Below, in pieces: positions 56,850 through 64,000 of a stretch of 64,000 bases of DNA (the first letter of the stretch is position 1; each line of letters opens with the position of its first letter). Location of the stretch: the NCBI GenBank assembly GCA_027488195.1, contig JAIYCD010000321.1, positions 2,466 through 66,465 on the forward strand, read 5' to 3'. A program made the position numbers and the translations under genes. Below the pieces are notes generated by a model. The model was not told the DNA's origin. It saw only the letters and a program-made list of their open reading frames with translations, and searched no databases. The DNA is from Acetobacteraceae bacterium. GTDB lineage: Bacteria > Pseudomonadota > Alphaproteobacteria > Acetobacterales > Acetobacteraceae.

Positions 56850-57761
56850 CTAGCCCGCCATCAGCACGCGCAGCACGCGCTCCAGCCCATCCTGCCAGGG
56901 CGGCAGGGTGACGCCGAAGGTGGCGGCGAGCTTGCCGCCCTCCATGCGCCCATCGGCCGGGCGCGTGGCCTTCACCGGATATTCGTGGGTGGCGATTGGC
57001 AGGACGCGCGGCTGCGCGATGGGCAACACGCGCGGCTGCGGCCCGCCTAAGCGGGCGGCGCCAGCGAAGATCGCCTCGGCGAAGCCGTGCCAATGGGTGG
57101 ATTGCTCGGCCCGCGCGTGGAAGACGCCGCGATAGCCCGCTTGCCAGCCGGTGTCGCGGATGCGGGCCAGCACGCCAGCGATGGCGTCGGCCAGGTCGGG
57201 CGCGGCGGTCGGGTGGCCATATTGGTCCGCGACCACGCGCAATTCCGGGCGCGTGGCGCCAACGGCCAGCATGGTGCGCACGAAATTCTTGCCGACCGGG
57301 CTGAACACCCAGGCGGTGCGCAGGATGCTCGTCATCGGGTTGCCGGCCAGCGCCGCCCATTCGCCCGCGAGCTTGGTGCGGCCATAGGCGCCGAGCGGGT
57401 TGGGCAGGTCGCTCTCGAGATAGGGCGCGCCCTTCAGGCCGTCATACACATAGTCGGTGCTGATCTGGATCAGCGGGATCTCCGCCTCGGCGCAGAGCTT
57501 CGCCAGCAGGGCCGGGCCCAGCGCGTTGGCGCGGAAGGCGCCCGCCTCGTCATCCTCGGCCGCATCCACCGCGGTCCAGGCGGCGCAATTCACCACCGCC
57601 TCGGGCCGCAGCGCGGCGAAGGCCGCGATCACCGTCGCGGGCTTGTCGAATTCAAAATCGGGCTGGCCGACCAGATGCGCCTCGAAGCCCCGGGCGGGCA
57701 GGCTGTCGGCGAGACCGGTGGCGAGTTGCCCGCCCTGGCCGGTGACGAGGACGCGCCGCAT
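56850..57761 (-). CDS. rfbD: dTDP-4-dehydrorhamnose reductase
   Basis: TGQGGQLA, AAWTAVDAAE, ISTDYV, YGRTK. Confidence 0.95.
   Translation of the reverse strand: MRRVLVTGQGGQLATGLADSLPARGFEAHLVGQPDFEFDKPATVIAAFAALRPEAVVNCAAWTAVDAAEDDEAGAFRANALGPALLAKLCAEAEIPLIQISTDYVYDGLKGAPYLESDLPNPLGAYGRTKLAGEWAALAGNPMTSILRTAWVFSPVGKNFVRTMLAVGATRPELRVVADQYGHPTAAPDLADAIAGVLARIRDTGWQAGYRGVFHARAEQSTHWHGFAEAIFAGAARLGGPQPRVLPIAQPRVLPIATHEYPVKATRPADGRMEGGKLAATFGVTLPPWQDGLERVLRVLMAG
56992..57039 (-). repeat. 24-bp in-frame tandem duplication inside rfbD (QPRVLPIA x2)
   Basis: Copies 56992-57015 and 57016-57039 differ at 3 positions, all synonymous. Confidence 0.9.
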
Positions 57762-58327
57762 CAGAGGGAGCCGGCCGGGAAGGGGGGCGGCAGATCGGCC
57801 AGGCGCGGCGCCTTGCGGTCCTTGTCGGAGAGGATCAGGCCGCCGGGCGGGACGGGCCAGGCGATGCCGAGCGCGGGGTCATCCCAGGCGATGCCCGCAT
57901 CGGTGGCCGGGTCGTATTCGGCGTCGACCTTGTAGAGCACCTCGGTGTCCGGTTCGAGCGTCATGAAGCCATGGGCGAAGCCGCGCGGCACCCAGAGCTG
58001 CTGCCAGTTCTCGGCCGAAAGCTCGCAGGCGACGTGCTGCCCGTAGGTCGGGCTGCCCGCGCGAATATCCACCGCCACGTCGAGGATGCGCCCGCGCACC
58101 ACGCGCACCAGCTTCCCCTGCGCGGTTGGCGGCCGCTGGAAATGCAGCCCGCGCAGCACGCCCACCTCGCGCGAGAGGGAGTGGTTGTCCTGCACGAAAT
58201 CCACCGTGAAGCCTTGCGCGGCGAGCGCGCTGCGCTTCCAGACCTCGCTGAAGAAGCCACGCGCATCGCCGAAGCGCCTGGGCTCGATCAGCAGGACATC
58301 CGGGATGGATTGCGGGGTGATCTTCAT
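57761..58327 (-). CDS. rfbC: dTDP-4-dehydrorhamnose 3,5-epimerase
   Basis: DARGFF, FVQDNHS, RGLHFQ, GFAHGF. Confidence 0.97.
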   Translation of the reverse strand: MKITPQSIPDVLLIEPRRFGDARGFFSEVWKRSALAAQGFTVDFVQDNHSLSREVGVLRGLHFQRPPTAQGKLVRVVRGRILDVAVDIRAGSPTYGQHVACELSAENWQQLWVPRGFAHGFMTLEPDTEVLYKVDAEYDPATDAGIAWDDPALGIAWPVPPGGLILSDKDRKAPRLADLPPPFPAGSL

Positions 58328-59205
58328 GCGTGGTGCCCTTGGGCCAGCTGCACGAGATATTGCCCATAGGCCGTCTTGCCGAGCGACCTGCCACGCGCGC
58401 CCAACTCCTCGGCCGTCAGGAAGCCCCTGCGGAAGCCGATCTCCTCGGGGCAGCCGACGACGAGGCCCTGGCGCTCCTGCACCGTCTGCACGAAGGTCGC
58501 GGCCTGCAACAGGCTGGCCGGCGTCCCGGCATCGAGCCAGGCGCAGCCGCGCCCCAGCTGCTCGCAGGAGAGATCGCCCGACTGCATGTAGAGCAGGTTG
58601 AGATCGGTGATCTCGAGTTCGCCGCGGGGCGAGGGCTTCACGCGCTTCGCCATTTCCACGACGCGCTTGTCGTAGAAATAGACGCCGATGACCGCCCAGT
58701 CGGATTTGGGCTGGCTCGGCTTTTCCTCGATGGAGATCACGCGGCCGGCGCTGTCGAATTCGGCGACGCCATAGCGCTCCGGGTCGGCCACGCGGTAGCC
58801 GAAGACGGTGGCGCCACCCGCCTCCGCACGGCCCTTCGCCGCCCCGAGCCGCACGGAGAGGCCTTCGCCGTATATGATGTTGTCACCGAGGGCGAGCGCG
58901 CAGGCTTCGCCGCCGATGAAGCTCTCGCCGATCAGGAAAGCCTGGGCGAGACCGTCGGGCGAGGGCTGTTCGGCGTAGCTCAGCCGCACGCCGAAGGCGC
59001 TGCCATCGCCCAGCAGGCGCTGGAAGGAGGGCAGGTCCTGCGGGGTCGAGATGACCAGGATGTCCCGGATGCCGGCGAGCATGAGCGTGCCGAGCGGATA
59101 ATAGACCATCGGCTTGTCATAGACCGGCAGCAATTGCTTGGACGCCGCCAGCGTCATCGGATGCAGTCGCGTGCCCGACCCGCCGGCGAGGATGATGCCC
59201 TTCAT
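58324..59205 (-). CDS. rfbA: Glucose-1-phosphate thymidylyltransferase
   Basis: [35 protein letters not shown]. Confidence 0.97.
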   Translation of the reverse strand: MKGIILAGGSGTRLHPMTLAASKQLLPVYDKPMVYYPLGTLMLAGIRDILVISTPQDLPSFQRLLGDGSAFGVRLSYAEQPSPDGLAQAFLIGESFIGGEACALALGDNIIYGEGLSVRLGAAKGRAEAGGATVFGYRVADPERYGVAEFDSAGRVISIEEKPSQPKSDWAVIGVYFYDKRVVEMAKRVKPSPRGELEITDLNLLYMQSGDLSCEQLGRGCAWLDAGTPASLLQAATFVQTVQERQGLVVGCPEEIGFRRGFLTAEELGARGRSLGKTAYGQYLVQLAQGHHA

Positions 59206-59221
59206 GTTCTCATGCCCTCAG

Positions 59222-59316
59222 ACGCCGGGCGCGCGCTCCGCGCGCTTGGCTTCGCCGCGCGAGGCGTGCGCGGGTTGTGGTGGTCGGTTTGGCGGCGCCG
59301 GCCGCGGTGCGGCCGG
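59222..59316. repeat. REP-like palindromic intergenic element
   Basis: GCGCGC-TCC-GCGCGC, GGC-TTC-GCC and CCGGCCGC-GGT-GCGGCCGG hairpins; single copy in this window. Confidence 0.35.
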
Positions 59317-59352
59317 ATCCATCGGGGGGGGCGCCTCGTGTTGCCAGGTCGC

Positions 59353-60411
59353 TCAAGACTTCACGCCACCCAGGCGCTGGCCGGCATAGGCCTTCTCGCG
59401 GATCGGCCGCCACCAGGCCTCGTGATCCAGGTACCAGCGGATCGTCTGCTCAAGCCCGGTTTCGAAGTCGAAGCGCGGCTTCCAGCCCAGCGCTGCCTCG
59501 GCGCCGGAGGGGTCCATGGCGTAGCGGAAATCATGGCCCGGCCGGTCGCGCACGAAGGTGATCAGTCGCTCGCGCGGGCCCACGCCATCGGGTCGCAGCC
59601 GGTCGAGCGTGGCGCAGATGGCCTTCACCACCTCCAGATTCGTGCGCTCCTGGCGGGGGCCGATGCAGTAGGTCTCGCCCGGCTTCCCTCGCATCAGCGC
59701 CAGCACCAGCGCCTCGGCATGATCCTCGACATGCAGCCAGTCACGGATGTTGGTGCCCTCGCCGTAGACGGGAAGCGGCTTGCCCTCCAGCGCGTTCAGC
59801 GTGACCAGCGGGATCAGCTTCTCCGGGAATTGCCAGGGGCCGTAATTGTTCGTGGTGTTCGAGACGAAGGCCGGGAAGCCATAGGTGTGGTTCCAGGCCC
59901 GCACCAGATGGTCGGACGCCGCCTTGCTGGCCGAGTAGGGGCTGCGCGGGTCGTAGGGCGTCTCGGGCGTGAAGGGCGGGTCGCCCGGATAGAGCGAGCC
60001 GAAGACCTCGTCGGTCGAGACATGATGGAAGCGGAATTCGGCGCGGGCCGCGCCCTCCAGCGTGTTCCAGTATTCGCGCGCGGCCTCCAGCAGCACCTGG
60101 GTGCCGACCACGTTGGTGCGGATGAACTCGGCCGGGCCGTCGATCGAACGGTCCACGTGGCTCTCGGCGGCCAGGTGCATCACGGCGCTGGGCCGATGCG
60201 TGGCGAAAGCCGAGCGCATCGCCTCTACGTCGCAGATATCCGCCTGGATGTGCAGGTGCCGTGGATGGCTCGCGTGCATGCCCAGCGAAGCCGGGCTCGC
60301 GGCGTAGGTCATCTTGTCGATGTTGACCACCGCGTGGTCGGTGCTGCCCAGGAGATGCCGCACCACGGCCGAGCCGATGAAGCCGAAGCCGCCTGTGATG
60401 AGAAGTGTCAA
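59353..60411 (-). CDS. rfbB: dTDP-glucose 4,6-dehydratase
   Basis: TGGFGFIGS, HLAAESHVDRS, STDEV, YSASK. Confidence 0.97.
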   Translation of the reverse strand: MTLLITGGFGFIGSAVVRHLLGSTDHAVVNIDKMTYAASPASLGMHASHPRHLHIQADICDVEAMRSAFATHRPSAVMHLAAESHVDRSIDGPAEFIRTNVVGTQVLLEAAREYWNTLEGAARAEFRFHHVSTDEVFGSLYPGDPPFTPETPYDPRSPYSASKAASDHLVRAWNHTYGFPAFVSNTTNNYGPWQFPEKLIPLVTLNALEGKPLPVYGEGTNIRDWLHVEDHAEALVLALMRGKPGETYCIGPRQERTNLEVVKAICATLDRLRPDGVGPRERLITFVRDRPGHDFRYAMDPSGAEAALGWKPRFDFETGLEQTIRWYLDHEAWWRPIREKAYAGQRLGGVKS

Positions 60412-60474
60412 GAAGCCTCCGCGCGGGGAGCCGCCAGGGATCGAGGCGGCGGATAGAGTGGAAAACCTGTCAGG

Positions 60475-61866
60475 TCAAGAAACGGCGCCATCCCCCTGCG
60501 CCCGGGTGACCTGTCGTTCAAGCATCGGAAACCGGACCATGACCCCGACATCGCGCCTGGGCGTTGCGTCGAACATCAGTGCGTCATTCACCCAATGGTG
60601 CTGCACGTGGTCCATTTGCGTGCCGGAGGCGATGGCGGGGGTGATGCTGTACTTGCCGGCCGCCAGATCCGGCAAGACGAAGCGGAAGCTTGCCAGCATC
60701 ACCGTATCGGCGGGGACGTCGCAGATCGGCATGGCGCCGGGTTCGTAAGTGTTCTCGCCGAAGAGGGGCTGCCCGAGGCGGTCCTTGACCACGAAGCCGG
60801 CGATGGCGCCCAGGATCTCCACCTGCGCCTTGAAGCGTATGGTCAGGACCACCTCCGTGCCGCCCATCGCGCAGGAAATCGGCCGACCGTGCGTGTCCGT
60901 GAAGCCGATGTCGGTGATCCGTACGAGGCCGGAGCCGTAGCTCGTGCCCCGCTCGACCACCGGGATCATGCCGGGCTCGGAGGGGGGCGCCTCGGTCAGC
61001 GCCGCTTCAGGAGCCGGTCCAGCGGACGCTGCCCCGAGCTCCGGCGCGATACGGACCGCCTCCTCGCTCATCCCCATCGCCGCCGCGGCGACGAAGGCGC
61101 CATAGGCATCGGAAACGGCCTTGGCCGACCCCTGCATGCGGACCCGGCCCCGATCGAGCCAGATCGCGCGTGTGCAAAGATTGACGATGGTGCCCGGGTC
61201 ATGCCCGCAGAACAGCACGGTGCCGCGGGCCTGGAAGTCGCGCAGCCACCGCAGGCATTTCTGCTGGAAATAGGCATCGCCCACGGCCAGCGCCTCGTCG
61301 ATGATCAGCACGTCGGCGTCCACATGCGCGATCACGGCGAAGGCGAGGCGCATCGCCATGCCCGAGGAATAGCTCTTGACCGGCTGATCGATGAAGTCGC
61401 CGATATCGGCGAAATCCAGGATCGCCTCCAGCCGATCATCGGTCTCCTGCTTGGTGAGGCCGTGGATTCCCGCGTTGAGATACACGTTCTCCCGCCCGGT
61501 GAATTCGGGGTTGAAGCCCGAACCCAGCTCCAGCAGCGCGGCCACCCGTCCGGCCACCGTCACCTGGCCCTGGGTGGGCGTCAGCGTGCCGCATACCAGC
61601 TGCAGCAAGGTGGACTTGCCGGAGCCGTTGCGGCCGATGATGCCGACCGTCTCCCCCTTGGCCACCTCGAAGGACAGCGCGCGCAGCGCCCAGAACTCGG
61701 AGAAATACCGGCGCGGAGCCGGTGCGCGGCCGAGGGCGCGGAACAGTGGGGCAAAAAGTCGGAACAGGCGCGGCACCACCGCCTGGCGCAGGCGGTCGGC
61801 TGGCTGCTGGTAGATCAGATAGGCCTTGGACAGCCCCTCGACGCGGATCGCGACCTCAGAGGACAT
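60475..61866 (-). CDS. wzt: Polysaccharide ABC exporter ATPase with C-terminal carbohydrate-binding domain
   Basis: GRNGSGKST, YSSGM, IIDEALAVGD, Wzt_C-like tail. Confidence 0.93.
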   Translation of the reverse strand: MSSEVAIRVEGLSKAYLIYQQPADRLRQAVVPRLFRLFAPLFRALGRAPAPRRYFSEFWALRALSFEVAKGETVGIIGRNGSGKSTLLQLVCGTLTPTQGQVTVAGRVAALLELGSGFNPEFTGRENVYLNAGIHGLTKQETDDRLEAILDFADIGDFIDQPVKSYSSGMAMRLAFAVIAHVDADVLIIDEALAVGDAYFQQKCLRWLRDFQARGTVLFCGHDPGTIVNLCTRAIWLDRGRVRMQGSAKAVSDAYGAFVAAAAMGMSEEAVRIAPELGAASAGPAPEAALTEAPPSEPGMIPVVERGTSYGSGLVRITDIGFTDTHGRPISCAMGGTEVVLTIRFKAQVEILGAIAGFVVKDRLGQPLFGENTYEPGAMPICDVPADTVMLASFRFVLPDLAAGKYSITPAIASGTQMDHVQHHWVNDALMFDATPRRDVGVMVRFPMLERQVTRAQGDGAVS

Positions 61867-62503
61867 CGGCAAAGCCCGGACGCAGCCGCTGGAACATCCA
61901 GAATGCCAGCGCCAGCGAGAGCAGGGCGCAGGCGGTGTAGATGGCAAGGCTCAGGACATCGGGCAGCCCGCCAAAGACGATGACCGTGCGGGACTGCTCG
62001 ACGATGGAGGTGAGAAGCGGCGTCACGACCAGCGGCCAGAAAATGATCGTCCAGTGCAGGACGCCCTTGAGCGCCGCCTGCCCCAGCACGACGATGCAGA
62101 TGGTGACAAAGGCGCTGATCACCGAACTCAGGACCGCGATGACAGGCAGGATCTCGATCGGGAAGACCACCTTCGTCACGTAGCTCGACTGCGTGAGGAT
62201 CAGGGTGGGTGCCCGGCCCATGGCTTCGGCGAAGATGCTGTGCACCGCGAAGCCCGCCAGCAGCAGGATCGCGAAATCGAAGGGGCCGCCCTGCGTGCCG
62301 CCCCAGCGGGTCTGGAACACCGCGCTGAAGACGAAGGTGAACACCGCGGCCGTGAGCAGCGGCGTGAGCAGCATCCAGCCCAGGCCCAGCATGCTGCCCC
62401 GGAATCGCTGGGCGATTTCGCGCTTGGCCAGACGAAGAATCAGCTGGCGATGGGCGAAGACCGAGCGGAGGAAATTCCGCAAGGTCACGGGTTGGCGGCG
62501 CAT
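61856..62503 (-). CDS. wzm: Polysaccharide ABC exporter permease, apparently internally deleted (215 aa)
   Basis: REIAQRFRGSMLGLGW, YVTKVVFP, FQRLRPGFADVL; the RD...PIFY...NP block is absent. Confidence 0.85.
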   Translation of the reverse strand: MRRQPVTLRNFLRSVFAHRQLILRLAKREIAQRFRGSMLGLGWMLLTPLLTAAVFTFVFSAVFQTRWGGTQGGPFDFAILLLAGFAVHSIFAEAMGRAPTLILTQSSYVTKVVFPIEILPVIAVLSSVISAFVTICIVVLGQAALKGVLHWTIIFWPLVVTPLLTSIVEQSRTVIVFGGLPDVLSLAIYTACALLSLALAFWMFQRLRPGFADVL

Positions 62504-62658
62504 CTCTGGATGAGGCCCTGGCTTGGGAAAGGCGCTGTAGACGTGAGGCTCGCGCAGCGTCAAGCGCGGGCAGGGATCTGGCGGCGTGGCGCGCGCGGCG
62601 CACCACGCCCCTGACCGGCTCCGTGCGCCAATTGCGGCCCTGCCGAACGGCGCGCTAG

Positions 62659-63420
62659 ATGCTGCCCATGATCTGGCCCTTCCGCCGCCGCAAGCCGGCA
62701 ACCCCCGACGCCCTGCTCCAATCGGACCCGGCGAACGAGCTCTACCGGCTCTTCCTGGAGCGCGGCGCCCGCGCCCACAAGACGGCGAAGTGGCACCACT
62801 ACTTCGACATCTACGACGCCTTCCTCGCGCGCTATCGCGGGCAATCGCCCACGCTGCTCGAGATCGGCGTGGATGAGTGCGGCTCGCTCGAAATCTGGCG
62901 CGAATGGCTGGGCCCGGGGGCGCGCATCTTCGGGATGGACATCAACCCGAAATCGGCCGAGCTGGCGCCGCCCGGCACCAAGGTCTTCATCGGCGACCAG
63001 GCCGACCCTGGCTTCCTGCGCCAGGTGCTGGCCGAGATCGGGACACCCGACATCGTGGTGGATGATGGCGGCCACACCAGCAACCAGCAGATCAACAGCT
63101 TCGAGGTCTTCTACCCCGCCATGGCGCCCGACGGCGTCTACATGGTCGAGGACACGCACACGGCACTCTGGGGCGGCGAGTGGGATGACCGGCCCGGGAT
63201 GACCTTCCTCGACTACGCGGCGGAGCGCGTGAAGGACCTGCACGCCTGGAGCGGCATCCACGCCAATTTCCGCCGCTACCACACCCATCCGGCCGAGCGG
63301 GTGGGCGCCGAGGCCGAGGTGCCGGAATTCACCCGCACCACGCGCGCCATCTCCTTTTACGACAGCATCGTGGCCTTCGAGCGCGGTCCGCGCCGTGAAC
63401 CCTGGCAGGAGCGGCGGTAG
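62659..63420 (+). CDS. Class I SAM-dependent methyltransferase (sugar O-methyltransferase-like)
   Basis: KWHHYFDIY, LLEIGV, IGDQAD, DIVVDDGGH, YMVED. Confidence 0.88.
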   Translation: MLPMIWPFRRRKPATPDALLQSDPANELYRLFLERGARAHKTAKWHHYFDIYDAFLARYRGQSPTLLEIGVDECGSLEIWREWLGPGARIFGMDINPKSAELAPPGTKVFIGDQADPGFLRQVLAEIGTPDIVVDDGGHTSNQQINSFEVFYPAMAPDGVYMVEDTHTALWGGEWDDRPGMTFLDYAAERVKDLHAWSGIHANFRRYHTHPAERVGAEAEVPEFTRTTRAISFYDSIVAFERGPRREPWQERR

Positions 63421-63426
63421 CCGGGT

Positions 63427-64000
63427 CTACCGCGCCTTCACCACATCCATGATGGCGCGCAGCACGGCCGGCACGCCCTCGCCCGTCGCACCGGCGGCCA
63501 GCATGACCGGCCGGCCCGTCGCGCGCTCCAGCGCCTTCACGCGGGAGGTGCGGGCCTGCGGCGTCATCGCGTCGAGCTTGTTCAGCACGACGATCTCGGG
63601 CTTCTCCGCGAGGCCGCCGCCATATTCCTCCAGCTCATTGCGGACCAGCCGCCAGGCGCCGGCGGGGTCGGCCTGGCTGCCATCGATCAGGTGCAGCAGC
63701 ACCCGGCAGCGCTCCACATGGCCGAGGAAGCGCGTGCCGAGACCGGCACCCTCGCTCGCCCCCTCGATCAGGCCGGGGATGTCGGCCAGGACGAATTCCT
63801 CGGTCGCGTTCAGCCGCACCACGCCCAGCTGCGGATGCAGGGTGGTGAAGGGGTAGTCGGCGATCTTCGGGCGTGCCGCACTGGCGGCCGCGAGGAAGGT
63901 GGACTTGCCGGCATTGGGCAGGCCGACCAGGCCCGCATCGGCGATGAGCTTGAGGCGCAGCCAGACCCATTTCTCCTCGCCCGGCCAGCCCGGATCGGCC
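63427..64000 (-). CDS. obgE: GTPase ObgE (3' part; start lies outside the window)
   Basis: [45 protein letters not shown]. Confidence 0.97.
   Translation of the reverse strand, partial: ADPGWPGEEKWVWLRLKLIADAGLVGLPNAGKSTFLAAASAARPKIADYPFTTLHPQLGVVRLNATEEFVLADIPGLIEGASEGAGLGTRFLGHVERCRVLLHLIDGSQADPAGAWRLVRNELEEYGGGLAEKPEIVVLNKLDAMTPQARTSRVKALERATGRPVMLAAGATGEGVPAVLRAIMDVVKAR

Noticed and set aside
1-64000. CRISPR array, tRNA or rRNA
   Set aside because: No regularly spaced repeats or recognisable structural RNA found by eye; a covariance search was not run.

Overview
High-GC alphaproteobacterial chromosome (inferred Acetobacteraceae, Roseomonas-like). About 62% of the window is an apparently complete 39.5-kb Mu-like transposable prophage at 1394-40932. 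Its ends read TG...CA, it is flanked by a 5-bp GCGGA target duplication, and it carries symmetric 18-bp end repeats. It is inserted into the 3' end of a small host zinc-ribbon gene lying between ETF-QO and a DoxX gene. The prophage carries repressor/Ner, MuA/MuB, Gam, GemA, Mor, lysis, head and contractile-tail genes, and a terminal DNA adenine methylase. Unusual cargo: (i) a MuF head protein fused to an R-S-E ADP-ribosyltransferase domain, followed by a candidate immunity gene; (ii) an acyl-carrier-protein-like gene lacking the phosphopantetheine serine; (iii) early genes resembling isolated pieces of host cell-cycle proteins (DnaA domain I, DnaA domain IV, GcrA-like HTH, ParB). Right of the prophage lie ETF-QO, UDG, a lytic transglycosylase, moaB, trpDC, moaC, moeA, a surface-polysaccharide locus (rfbBACD, wzm/wzt, glycosyltransferases, a methyltransferase) and partial obgE. 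In that locus the GtrB-like gene is frameshifted and wzm appears to have an in-frame internal deletion. All protein calls are by-eye motif recognition; no searches were run.
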